From a virus, in the UHGV virus genome UHGV-0299211: DNA of 49,614 nt; one strand, written 5' to 3'. Under the pieces are notes generated by a model. That model had not been told where the DNA came from. It saw nothing but the letters and a program-made list of their open reading frames with translations, and made no database searches. Numbering within the stretch: the stretch's first letter is position 1; each line of letters opens with the position of its first letter. The translations under genes were made by a program, and so were the position numbers. This document shows, one piece after another, positions 8,682 through 18,183 of the stretch.

Positions 8682-9485
8682 ATGGGAAAAATTAAGTTAT
8701 CAGACATTAAAAGTGAAATCAGCAAGAGTGGAACAAGTAAGGGAAAATTTATGTTTTTCAAAGAGGATTCAAAAGCAAGAGTTCATTTCTTAACAGATAT
8801 GGAAGAGGGTTTAGAAATCAAGTTCCATGACAGTTTTGCTTTAGGTGTAAACGTTCCATGCCAAGAGGAATTTGGCAGAACTTGTGAGTATTGCGAAGAT
8901 GAAAATCTGAGAACACGAAAAATGTACATTTGGAGTGTCTATGACTACGAAAGCAAAGAAGTAAAACTGTTAATGGCGGCAGTTAATAACTGTTCACCAG
9001 TTCCAGCACTTGCTTCATTATATGAAACATATGGAACGCTTCTTGATAGAGACTATGAGATTAAAAGAATTGGTAAAGGGCAGAACACAACATATTCTGT
9101 TATTCCGTTAGACAAAGCAAAATTTAGAAATAATAAAATAAAGCCGTTGTCCGATTCAGCAATTTTAAAATATATTGATAAGGCATATCCAGCAGATAAC
9201 AATGAAGATTTTGATGAAGAGGATGAACCTAAGAAGAAATCAAACAAAACAAAAACAAAAGCTAAAACAAAAGTCGAAGAAACAGATGACTGGGATGAAG
9301 AAGAGGACGAAACAAATGACTATGAAAGCATGAAGCCACAGGAGCTTTATAAGCTGTGTAAAGAGCGTGACATTGATTGTAAACCGAAGAAGTCAAAAGA
9401 ATATTACATTGACCTTTTGGAAGAAGCGGACGAAGAAAATGATTCTGATGACTGGGACGAAGAAGAGGACGATTGGGAAGAGTAA
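8682..9485 (+). CDS. T4 gp32-like ssDNA-binding protein with an acidic C-terminal tail
   Basis: RBS AAAGGAGAAAC before ATG 8682. The zinc motif H-x11-C-x7-C-x2-C (FHDSFALGVNVPCQEEFGRTCEYC) is close to the gp32 spacing H-x12-C-x9-C-x2-C. Basic N-terminus. Acidic tail DDWDEEEDDWEE. A HeH-like motif LYKLCKERDIDCKPKKSKEYYIDLLEEA. Confidence 0.5.
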   Translation: MGKIKLSDIKSEISKSGTSKGKFMFFKEDSKARVHFLTDMEEGLEIKFHDSFALGVNVPCQEEFGRTCEYCEDENLRTRKMYIWSVYDYESKEVKLLMAAVNNCSPVPALASLYETYGTLLDRDYEIKRIGKGQNTTYSVIPLDKAKFRNNKIKPLSDSAILKYIDKAYPADNNEDFDEEDEPKKKSNKTKTKAKTKVEETDDWDEEEDETNDYESMKPQELYKLCKERDIDCKPKKSKEYYIDLLEEADEENDSDDWDEEEDDWEE

Positions 9486-9506
9486 AACAAAATAAGTTAT
9501 GTGTTA

Positions 9507-9537
9507 GGGGTTGACAAAATCAACCCTTTTGTTATAA
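9507..9537 (+). promoter_or_regulatory. Terminator-like hairpin with an overlapping consensus promoter
   Basis: Hairpin GGGTTGA-caaaa-TCAACCC followed by TTTTGTT. The -35 TTGACA lies inside the stem. The -10 TATAAT follows a 16-nt spacer. Confidence 0.6.
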
Positions 9538-9573
9538 TTAAGTAGAACATAGAGAACAGAAAGGAAGATATAA

Positions 9574-10767
9574 ATGGGAAATTTTTTCGATTTACACAGG
9601 CACACAGAATATTCATTGTTTGATGGATTTGGAAAGTCTATAAATTTAGCAAAGCACGCAAAGGAGCTAGGCTACAGAGCGTTAGGGATAAGTGACCACG
9701 GAACGATTAGTGGATTAATAAAACATTATCAAGCGTGTAATGAAGTTGGGATAAAACCAGTAATGGGATGCGAGATATATTTTCAACCAAAATTTAATAA
9801 AGAAAATCCGCAGAGAAAAAGTTATCATCTGAATTTGTTTGTAAAGAATTTGAAAGGATATAAAAATCTATGTCACATTATGACAGAAGCAAACACAAAA
9901 CAATTTTATTATAAACCTATAGTTGATTTTAAGTTACTTGAAAAATATTCAGATGGACTTATATGTACAACAGCTTGTATAGCAAGCGCAACGTCACAAG
10001 CTATTTTAAATGGTCATAGAAGCACAGCAGAGCGTTTATTAGATAAGTTTAAGGAAATATTTAAAGATGATTTGTACGTTGAAATACAGCCATATAAGAT
10101 AGACGCACAGGGGACACAACAAAGAACAGATTATGAACTTATGGGAATGGCAAAAAGAAAGAAAATAAAATGTATTCTAACAAGTGATTCACATTTTGGA
10201 AGTAAAGAAGATTTTGATACATATTGTAAAATGCATGAAATCGGAAAAACAACATTGGATGTAAAAAGAACATACAGTGAAAGGTACATGCCTACAGAGT
10301 ATGAGATAACAGAACGGTTTGCAAACATCTATAAAAAGAAGTTTAAAAAGCCAATGGAACTTGCAGAAAGATTTGCAGATAATATGAAAGAAATATATAA
10401 CAAAGTAGAAGAAAACATACTAGATGGGTTAGAATTAGAACTTCCTAAAATATCAGATGATGGAGCAAAACAACTTGAAACATTAACAAAACAGGGATTG
10501 AAAAACAGAAACAAATGGAATAAGGAATACTGGAAAAGATGTAAAGAAGAATTGGAAGTAATTAACTACCATGGTTTTGCAGACTATTTCCTTATTGTTA
10601 GAGATTATATAACATGGGCGAAAGAAAATGGAATTGAAACAGGAAAAGGAAGAGGTTCGGTTTGTAATTGCCTTGTAGCTTATGCAGTAGGAATTACAGA
10701 AGTAGACAGCATAAAATATAACCTTGATTTTAGTAGATTTATGAGAAAGGAAAAGAAGTCATTGCCT
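9574..10767 (+). CDS. dnaE: DNA polymerase III alpha (DnaE-type), exon 1 (PHP domain to ...KKSLP)
   Basis: PHP motif FDLHRHTEYSLFDG...ISDHG. Exon 1 ends in NLDFSRFMRKEKKSLP, which aligns with the E. coli GLLFERFLNPERVSMP segment just before the PDFDVDF catalytic motif. That catalytic motif is found downstream of the intron. Confidence 0.7.
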
Positions 10768-11591
10768 AAACTTATTTGGGCATCATTCGTGAACATTGCT
10801 TAATGGTGTGTATTATTATAATATGCTAACGGTATCAGAAAAATAAGACTCCTTATTGAAATGTTACAACAAGATAATAGGGCATAAGACCATAGACGAA
10901 TAATCTGACTAAGAAACCCTAAACCAGTGATGGTGAGATAGAGGGAATACCGTGCCAAGTCTATATAGAAAGGAAGTGAATTAGATGTTTAAAAGTATGG
11001 AAGAGTTTGACCACCATTCAATAGATGAATATGGAAATGTTTTAAACGAGAAAACAGGAAATATATTAAAACCTTATGTTGGAAGTGGAGGTTATTTGTA
11101 TGTAAAGCCATGTGAGAACAATATAACAAAACATTTGTCAATACATAGAGCAGTAGCAAAATATTTTTGCAAAGGATACAAACCAGAGCTAGTTGTTGAC
11201 CACATAGATGGAAATGTAAAGAACAACTATTATGAAAATCTTAGATGGTGTAAGCAAGCAGACAATTTGAAGTATGGATATGAGAGAAGAAAAGACACGC
11301 CATTCAGAAATTATAGACCATGTAAATTGTATGTTGGAAATAAATTGATAGATGAATTTCTAAGTATAACGGAAGCTGTGGAATATGCAGAAAAACACTA
11401 CGATGTTAAAAGAACAATGTTACATAAACATCTAGTTTATGGAAATGTTCGTATAGAAAGGTGTAACGACTAGTTTGTGAAGAGAGTAACAAGTGTAGGA
11501 ATGGAGATAAGCACCATTCCGAAGTGCGAATGCCACAATAGTGGAAGATATAGTCTAGCCTTGATAGTTTGGAAACGAACGACTAAGGTAG
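10768..11591 (+). mobile_element. Group I intron interrupting dnaE and carrying an HNH homing endonuclease
   Basis: P1: exon ...TGCCT pairs with intron GGGCA, with a U.G pair at the splice site. P7 GACTA (10907-10911) pairs with TAGTC (11551-11555). An AAGATATAGTC S-element is present. The intron ends in G. Splicing restores ...SLP/DIDLDF. Confidence 0.7.
10985..11473 (+). CDS. HNH homing endonuclease (intron-encoded)
   Basis: VDHIDGNVKNNYYENLRW matches the HNH_3 motif. It has its own RBS AGGAAGTGA. It sits in the loop between P7 and P7'. Confidence 0.75.
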   Translation: MFKSMEEFDHHSIDEYGNVLNEKTGNILKPYVGSGGYLYVKPCENNITKHLSIHRAVAKYFCKGYKPELVVDHIDGNVKNNYYENLRWCKQADNLKYGYERRKDTPFRNYRPCKLYVGNKLIDEFLSITEAVEYAEKHYDVKRTMLHKHLVYGNVRIERCND

Positions 11592-13118
11592 GATATTGAC
11601 TTAGATTTCGAACGAGATAGGAGACAGGAAGTAATTGATTATGTTATAAACAAATATCCAAACAAAGCAATACAAATTTGTTCTTATGGAATGTATGGAG
11701 TTGATAATCTTGTGAATGATTTGGCAAGTGTCTGTAACTTAAAAACAACAAAAGATGTTGATTGGTTTGAAGCAGATGAAAATAAAAAAGTAATTGCAGA
11801 AATCAAGTCATATATTAAGGGATTCATAGTAGATGATGAGCTGAATATGAGTAATTTATTGAATGGATACAGAACAGAAGAGTTTAATGAAAAGTATGAC
11901 AACATTATAAAACATTTTTCAAAACTTTATGGTAAAATAAAGTACCTTGGAAAACATTCGGCTGGGGTTGCTGTGGTTGGAACAGATATAAGTGATTATA
12001 CTTGCATTATCATGAGAGATAGAAAGACAGGAGCATTAAGCAGTTGTTTTGACAAAGATGATTTAGAGCATATTAATTGTGTAAAGTTTGATATGCTTGG
12101 ACTTAAAACAATGTCAGAAATGCGTGAGCTTAGAGAGAAAACAGGGCATGAGATAACAGAAGAAGATGAAGAAAGCAAAGAGGTTATAGAGGGATTCAGA
12201 GAGGGAAGAACAGATGGGATTTTTCAGATGGAAAAGTCAGCACCTAAAAAGATTCTTGATATGATTCAGTGTGATTGTATAAATGATATTATAGCAGTGA
12301 ATGCATTAAACAGACCAGCACCATTACAGTTGCACATGCATGAAACATATGCACATAACAAACTTTCTGATAATGTGGATAAGAATACACCATATTATAA
12401 ATATACTCAAGAAACATATGGAACAATGTTATATCAAGAGCAAACAGTTGAAGTAGCGCAGAAAGTTGGACACTTAACACCACAGCAGAGTTTTGATATG
12501 TTAAAGATTATGAAGAAAGCAGAGAACTTAACAAAACCAGAGTACATTCCTATTATTGAACAAATGAAAAAAGATTTCTTTAGAGGATGTAAAAAAGAGG
12601 GACTGACAAAAGAACAAACAAATAGCATATGGGCGAGTATGCTAATCTATGGATTCAACAAGGGGCACTCAACAGGGTATGCGTTAATAAGTATTGACCA
12701 GATGTATTACAAAGTACATTATCCAACACAGTTTTGGTATGTTAAAATGAAGTATGCAGATAATGATGCAGATATCTTTAAATATTCACAGTTTGCAGTA
12801 AAAGATGGTACTGTGGTTATGTTACCGCATGTAAATTATTCAGCTAAAACTTCATTACGTAAAATGGACGGAGAGGACGTTATACAGCAAGGGTTGAGTA
12901 TTATTAAGGGTATTGGAGAAAAAGCCGCAGAAACCATAGAAGAAGAGCGTAGAAAGGGTGTGTTTAAATCATATGATGATTTCTATGACAGATGTAAAGG
13001 AAGAAGTGTTACAAAAGGGGTAATTAAAACATTGAAAGAACAGGGCGCACTTGAATTTAACAAAAACAAATATATGAGCAGAGTAGTAAAATATAATAGC
13101 ACATTAATGGCGAGGTAG
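11592..13118 (+). CDS. dnaE: DNA polymerase III alpha (DnaE-type), exon 2
   Basis: Frame is open from 11592. DIDLDFERDRRQEVIDYV matches the PDFDVDF...RDEVI catalytic region. LGKHSAGVAV matches GxHAAGVVI. Confidence 0.7.
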   Translation, partial: DIDLDFERDRRQEVIDYVINKYPNKAIQICSYGMYGVDNLVNDLASVCNLKTTKDVDWFEADENKKVIAEIKSYIKGFIVDDELNMSNLLNGYRTEEFNEKYDNIIKHFSKLYGKIKYLGKHSAGVAVVGTDISDYTCIIMRDRKTGALSSCFDKDDLEHINCVKFDMLGLKTMSEMRELREKTGHEITEEDEESKEVIEGFREGRTDGIFQMEKSAPKKILDMIQCDCINDIIAVNALNRPAPLQLHMHETYAHNKLSDNVDKNTPYYKYTQETYGTMLYQEQTVEVAQKVGHLTPQQSFDMLKIMKKAENLTKPEYIPIIEQMKKDFFRGCKKEGLTKEQTNSIWASMLIYGFNKGHSTGYALISIDQMYYKVHYPTQFWYVKMKYADNDADIFKYSQFAVKDGTVVMLPHVNYSAKTSLRKMDGEDVIQQGLSIIKGIGEKAAETIEEERRKGVFKSYDDFYDRCKGRSVTKGVIKTLKEQGALEFNKNKYMSRVVKYNSTLMAR

Positions 13119-13125
13119 AAAAGTG

Positions 13126-13479
13126 ATGAAAGAAATTATTGAAACAATGGAGAATGAAGAACGAAAGAAACATGATAATGTAAACCATCCAAAACATTAT
13201 GATGGGAATTGTAGCATTGAATGTATTGATAACATGAGATTGATTTTTGGGAATCAGAGAGTAACTGATTTTTGTATTGTAAATGCATATAAGTATTTGA
13301 GCAGATATAAATATAAAAATGGTAATGAAGATTTAAAAAAAGCAAAATGGTATCTAGACGAAGCAGAGGTATTGAAGTTAACAATGGAAACAGATTTTGA
13401 TTATGGAACATTTGACAAGCTCGTAGATTTATGTAACAGATATATGGAGGAATACACACATGGCAAAGGGAATGAATAA
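13126..13479 (+). CDS. DUF3310-like protein (NHPxHY motif)
   Basis: VNHPKHYDGN...Y motif typical of the phage DUF3310 family. Confidence 0.4.
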   Translation: MKEIIETMENEERKKHDNVNHPKHYDGNCSIECIDNMRLIFGNQRVTDFCIVNAYKYLSRYKYKNGNEDLKKAKWYLDEAEVLKLTMETDFDYGTFDKLVDLCNRYMEEYTHGKGNE

Positions 13480-15340
13480 AGATGGAATATTAAAACTTAT
13501 GTCAGAGATTGACAAAAAAGAAAAAGGAAGTGTTTACAGTTTAGGAAGTAAATCGGATGCACTTAAGATTCCAAGATGGAGTACAGGACTTGTTGACCTT
13601 GATAACATTATTGGTGGCGGAGTTCCTAAAGGAAGAGTCATAGAGATTTTTGGTGCAGAGAGTGCTGGAAAAACAACATTAGGTTATCAGTTATGCGCCC
13701 AGCATGATATGTGTTTGGATATTCCGATTGAGGGATGCGTAGATAAAGATACAGAGTTTTTTAATGGTAGCAGATGGAAAAAGATATGCAATTACAAACA
13801 AGGAGAAAGTGTTTTACAGTATAATGCAGATGGAACAGCAACGTTGGAAAAGCCATTAAAATATCATAAAAAAGATGCTTGTGCAATGTGGAGAGTACAA
13901 ACAAAGAATAGACTTGATATGGTTGTTTCTGAACATCATAATGTTGTTTATAGAACTGTTGGAAGTAATAATTTGCAGATTAGGTCATTCCATGAAATAC
14001 GAAAACGTATAGAAATGAATAAGGATGGTTTTGCTGGGAATATTCCGAAAACATTTATGTACAATGGAAGAGGTATAAATTTATCTGATAGTGAAATTCG
14101 CCTTATGGTTGCCGTGTTTGCAGACGGAAGTTTTAATAAAGGTAACAATTCAAAACAATGTTATATGGGACTCATGAAAAAGAGAAAGCGCAAAAGAATA
14201 AAAATGCTATTGTCGAATTGTAGCGTAGAATATAGAATGTCACAGAATAAAAAGTTTTTTATTTTTGATGCACCGTTTCGTGAAAAGAACTATCCTAGTA
14301 GTTGGTACAATATGACGAATAGACAGTTGATGATAGTTTTGGATGAAATGAAACACTGGGATGGTTGTCAGTTTGAAGTTGGTCATATGCCAAGTTTTAC
14401 AACAACAAATAAAAGTGATGCAGATTTTATTCAATTTGCATACACTTCATGTGGATATTCAGCATATATACAGAAAGTTGATAATTCATGGAAAGATATT
14501 CGCATTGTAGACCATAATGTAAAAAATATGAAGTTGGCGTATACGGTATGTGCAGGGATGAAAAGCAATATTGTAAGTTTGAAAAAAGCGTGGGTTGAAC
14601 CATTTGCCACAGAAGACGGTAAAATGTATTGCTTCACAATGAAGTCTGGAATGTGGGTTATGAGAAGAAACAATAGAATAATCATAACAGGAAATACTTT
14701 TGATGGAGAGAGAGCAAAGCTATTCGGAAACAGACCAAAACAAATGATTGTATATAGAGCAAGATATGGAGAAAAAGCATTTAATAGAGCAATAAGGTTT
14801 GCGGAAGAGGGAATACCACTTGTTATGATTGATAGTGTTCCATCAATGCAGCCAAAGGATGATATCGATAAAATCAGAAAAGCGGTAAATACAGATAGTG
14901 AACAGGAAATGCGTATCGGTGGTGTAGCTAGGTTGATGGATAAGTATTTACCAACACTTGAGGATGTAATAGAACAGACAGGAACAACAGTTATATTTAT
15001 TAATCAGATTCGTGATAAAATGAATGCGTTGCCTTTTGGAGATAACATACAAACTCCGGGCGGTCATAAATTAAAACATAGTGCGTCACTTAGAATACAA
15101 GTAGCAAGAAAAGGTTATATTGAAATTCCTAACCATAATCCATTCAATACAGAAGCGAAAGAGCGTATAGGAATGATTATGAAAGTTAAGGTCGTAAAAA
15201 GTAAAGTGTGTAATCCAATGCAGAGTTGTGAAATCCCATTATTCTATGAACGTGGTTTTGTTGATTTTGCAGACCTTGATTCTGTTAGAAAAGAAATCAT
15301 GGATGAACATAAGAAAAAATACAAGGAAATGTTAGAGTGA
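13460..15340 (+). CDS. recA: RecA recombinase interrupted by an intein
   Basis: P-loop GAESAGKTT. IPRWSTGLVDLDNIIGGGVPKGRVIEIFG. C-terminal extein IDSVPSMQPK...VIFINQIRDKMNALPFGDNIQTPGGHKLKHSASLRIQVARKG aligns with the E. coli RecA core. It is 626 aa against about 306 aa of extein. Confidence 0.8.
   Translation: MAKGMNKDGILKLMSEIDKKEKGSVYSLGSKSDALKIPRWSTGLVDLDNIIGGGVPKGRVIEIFGAESAGKTTLGYQLCAQHDMCLDIPIEGCVDKDTEFFNGSRWKKICNYKQGESVLQYNADGTATLEKPLKYHKKDACAMWRVQTKNRLDMVVSEHHNVVYRTVGSNNLQIRSFHEIRKRIEMNKDGFAGNIPKTFMYNGRGINLSDSEIRLMVAVFADGSFNKGNNSKQCYMGLMKKRKRKRIKMLLSNCSVEYRMSQNKKFFIFDAPFREKNYPSSWYNMTNRQLMIVLDEMKHWDGCQFEVGHMPSFTTTNKSDADFIQFAYTSCGYSAYIQKVDNSWKDIRIVDHNVKNMKLAYTVCAGMKSNIVSLKKAWVEPFATEDGKMYCFTMKSGMWVMRRNNRIIITGNTFDGERAKLFGNRPKQMIVYRARYGEKAFNRAIRFAEEGIPLVMIDSVPSMQPKDDIDKIRKAVNTDSEQEMRIGGVARLMDKYLPTLEDVIEQTGTTVIFINQIRDKMNALPFGDNIQTPGGHKLKHSASLRIQVARKGYIEIPNHNPFNTEAKERIGMIMKVKVVKSKVCNPMQSCEIPLFYERGFVDFADLDSVRKEIMDEHKKKYKEMLE
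13736..14695 (+). mobile_element. Intein (320 aa) with a LAGLIDADG homing-endonuclease domain, inserted in recA
   Basis: It starts at CVDKDTEFF (block A). LAGLIDADG-like motifs LMVAVFADGSF and LMIVLDEMKHWDGC. It ends ...IIITGN, followed by Thr+1 and the extein TFDGERAKLFG. Confidence 0.6.
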
Positions 15341-15505
15341 TATTTTATTGTATAGTATTTAAGCGAACATATACAAGCGGTGGAAGTGCAGAGCATAAAT
15401 TCTTCTGTTATGCTGAGACAGAAAAGCAAGCAAGAACAAGGTTCTGTACAACTACTGGTTTGAAACAAACAAACATATTATCTATTTCAGAACAGGGAGA
15501 AGAAA

Positions 15506-16360
15506 ATGGGAATAATAGACGATATTAAAAAGGATGCAGACAAAACATTTACGAAAGTACAAAGTACGCAAGAAAAAGAAATAGAACAAATGTTAAATGG
15601 TTTATTCTACTTAGATAAAGACATTCCGAAAGAACTTAAATTCCTTAAGAGTGTAATGACAAGGGGAGCAGAAACAACAGAAAGAAAAGGGTTACACGCC
15701 AGTGCAGTAATTGTATCAGATGATAAGTTTTGTATACGACAGCAAGTGTTATCATTATTTTACAAACAGTTACAGGGAGAACAAGTTCCAGTAGGTTTAA
15801 GGAGAATATTCAGCGAGGGTGATGCAATACATGAGAAGTGGCAAAGGTTATTTATTAGGGGTGGCTTGTGTAAGCCTCTAGATTGCGATTATAGCCGCTT
15901 TGCAGAAGAGTTTGACTTATCATATACCCCCGATATAATATGCGAAATACCAGCCGATTACAAGCTTGAAAGCGTATATGATGATAGTGTTAAAAAGATT
16001 CCATATATAGTTGAAATCAAAAGTGTAAATACATTTACCTTTAAGAAACAAAAGTACCATGCAAGTGGAAGAAAGCAATGTCAGTTATATATGTACCTAA
16101 CTGGAATACACCATGGAATAGTTTTATGTGATGATAAAAATACACAGGAATTTAAAGTATACCATTATGAATATAATCCAAGTGAAATTGCACAATACAT
16201 TGGAAGATTGGAAAGAATACAGGAAAGTAAAACAAAGCTATTAGAACAAAACAAACTTGTAAAAAGGCATAAGAAATGTACAGGGTATAATTGTAAGATG
16301 GCAGAAGAATGCAACATGAAAGATGTATGCTATGGAAAAACAAAAGAAAGGTTGGTATAA
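15506..16360 (+). CDS. PD-(D/E)XK nuclease with a C-terminal Cys cluster (Cas4 / RecB-nuclease-like)
   Basis: Motifs D...EIK, then QCQLYMY (QxxxY). Four Cys: CTGYNCKMAEECNMKDVC, plus an N-terminal Cys. Confidence 0.55.
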   Translation: MGIIDDIKKDADKTFTKVQSTQEKEIEQMLNGLFYLDKDIPKELKFLKSVMTRGAETTERKGLHASAVIVSDDKFCIRQQVLSLFYKQLQGEQVPVGLRRIFSEGDAIHEKWQRLFIRGGLCKPLDCDYSRFAEEFDLSYTPDIICEIPADYKLESVYDDSVKKIPYIVEIKSVNTFTFKKQKYHASGRKQCQLYMYLTGIHHGIVLCDDKNTQEFKVYHYEYNPSEIAQYIGRLERIQESKTKLLEQNKLVKRHKKCTGYNCKMAEECNMKDVCYGKTKERLV

Positions 16361-16363
16361 GTA

Positions 16364-16603
16364 ATGGGAATAGAAATGATGGAGGTTATGAAAAATTCAT
16401 GTGGAGAAATGGAAGTTGAGAAAATAAAGGTAACAGAAGCGGAGGTTGTTGTAAGAAGAGTAAACCTAGGTTTTTATTTTGAAATTAAATACAAAGAAGT
16501 AGGAAGCGAATTTTATAATGTTGGTTTTGGGTCATATAACATTCATTTTGTGTTTCAATGGTTAGATAAATATTTAGAAATTGTAAAAGATAAGGATTGC
16601 TAA
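16364..16603 (+). CDS. Small protein, paralog of the N-terminus of 31030
   Basis: Shares YxEIxYKxVGxxxxNxGFGSY with the 31030 product. Confidence 0.4.
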   Translation: MGIEMMEVMKNSCGEMEVEKIKVTEAEVVVRRVNLGFYFEIKYKEVGSEFYNVGFGSYNIHFVFQWLDKYLEIVKDKDC

Positions 16604-16606
16604 TTA

Positions 16607-17008
16607 ATGTCAAAATATTGCAAAGCATATGCACTCCGTGTAACATATTTAGATTGCATGGAGTGCGAAACAAAGGAGTGTAAAGGGATGCAGAACATAC
16701 ATAAAACATATTTGCGATTACTTCCAGAACAGGAATGTTTTCTTGTATTTGTAAGTAAAAGGGAAAAGGCAAAAAAGAATGTTGTTCTAAAATGTATTGT
16801 AAAAGAATGTATAGTACGCAAAGAAGAAACATTGTATAACCTAAAACCAATTAAGTGTGTAACAGATAAAAAGGAAAACATAGAAAGCTATAAACAAAAC
16901 TTTTTATGTATTAACAGTACAATAGATACAGGAATAAGAAAAACACAAAGAGATATTTATCCAGTATTTACAACAAAAGAAAAATGTTTGGAGTGGTTGA
17001 AAGCATGA
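16607..17008 (+). CDS. Cys-rich hypothetical protein
   Basis: CKAY...CMECETKECKG and multiple other Cys. Confidence 0.4.
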   Translation: MSKYCKAYALRVTYLDCMECETKECKGMQNIHKTYLRLLPEQECFLVFVSKREKAKKNVVLKCIVKECIVRKEETLYNLKPIKCVTDKKENIESYKQNFLCINSTIDTGIRKTQRDIYPVFTTKEKCLEWLKA

Positions 17009-17463
17009 GGAAAATAAGTTGTGCAGAATGTTGTTATTTGAACAAAAACAAAAAGGAACAAACAAAGGAACAAAAGTTCTATAGATATGGATGCAGTAAC
17101 AATTTATTAAGTGGCTACATTATAGGATGGATTTCAAAAGACAGCGAACTTAAAACAATGGGATGTAGTGATTGCAACAGAATAGAAATTGGAACGCTGT
17201 TTAAATTAAAATCAGAAACAAACACATATACAATTCTGTATTGTGGTAAAGTAGGAAACAAATATCTTTTATATAACCTAAAATTTAAAACATTTAAACT
17301 TGTAAAAAGTACATGGATTTCTGAACATATAAAAAGAATTCAGTTTTGTGAATGCAACGATACAAAGATGATCACAAAGAAAGATAAAATAGAATTTAGA
17401 AAGAAAATTGCAAAAGCTAAAAAGGAAAGGTATATAAGGGAGTATGGTTGTAATAGGAATTGA
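17005..17463 (+). CDS. Cys-rich hypothetical protein
   Basis: RBS GGAGTGGTTGA before ATG 17005. SCAECCY...GCSDCN...FCECND. Confidence 0.4.
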   Translation: MRKISCAECCYLNKNKKEQTKEQKFYRYGCSNNLLSGYIIGWISKDSELKTMGCSDCNRIEIGTLFKLKSETNTYTILYCGKVGNKYLLYNLKFKTFKLVKSTWISEHIKRIQFCECNDTKMITKKDKIEFRKKIAKAKKERYIREYGCNRN

Positions 17464-18058
17464 TGAAAGTTATACACGAACAGGAATTACAGTATTAGAA
17501 GATAAAAAGCTGTTGAAAATGTATAGTGTAAACTTTGATGGATGCAAAAATAACTATGATAAGCGTAAAGACCTTAGAAGCGTCCTAGAATCAATTTTAA
17601 ATGAGCTACTAAGGGAATATAAGCCTATTGAAATAAAATGTATTATAGAGCGAATTAGAACGTTCAGTGGTGGATATATGAGTTCCCAGTATCTAATTAC
17701 AACAGGTGGTTTAATCGTAACAATATTAGATGTATTTCTAGCACATAATATAAAAGTTTATAGTGTAGATACTAAGGCATGGAAGAATGCAGTTATTGGA
17801 ACAAGCAAACCAAAAGAGAATAAATATGGAATAAATCCTAACAAGTATCCTACAATCTTGTATTTAAAGCAGAAAGGACTTTTAAAGTATATAGCAGAGG
17901 AATATAAGGGTAGGGGTAAGAAAGGCGTTATAAACGTTAAAATAGGAGCTGAGAAAGTATCATGTAAAATAAATGATGATTTAGCAGATTCTTATTGTAT
18001 TGCTATGTATGGATTCATTCCTAAAACAAAACAAAAACTAAAAGAAGAAACATTTTAG
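17444..18058 (+). CDS. RuvC-family Holliday junction resolvase
   Basis: IGIDESYTRTG at the N-terminus. Acidic residues DDLADSYCIAMYG at the C-terminus. Confidence 0.6.
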   Translation: MVVIGIDESYTRTGITVLEDKKLLKMYSVNFDGCKNNYDKRKDLRSVLESILNELLREYKPIEIKCIIERIRTFSGGYMSSQYLITTGGLIVTILDVFLAHNIKVYSVDTKAWKNAVIGTSKPKENKYGINPNKYPTILYLKQKGLLKYIAEEYKGRGKKGVINVKIGAEKVSCKINDDLADSYCIAMYGFIPKTKQKLKEETF

Positions 18059-18088
18059 GGAACGTATAAAAAGCGTTCCTTTTTTTTG
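18059..18088 (+). terminator. Intrinsic terminator
   Basis: GGAACG-tataaaaag-CGTTCC followed by T8. Confidence 0.75.
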
Positions 18089-18112
18089 TTTTATAAAATT
18101 TTAAAGAAAGTA

Positions 18113-18141
18113 TTGACAAAACATAACAAACATAGTAATAT
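18113..18141 (+). promoter_or_regulatory. Sigma-A promoter TTGACA-17-TAATAT
   Basis: Read directly from the sequence. Confidence 0.65.
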
Positions 18142-18183
18142 AGTAATTGTAAACAAGAGAAAACAAACAAGGAGAAAACAAAA

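Noticed and set aside
15337-15528. 63-aa + strand ORF between recA and the Cas4-like gene
   Set aside because: It has no RBS and an odd composition. It overlaps the RBS and start of 15506. It is more likely a noncoding leader.
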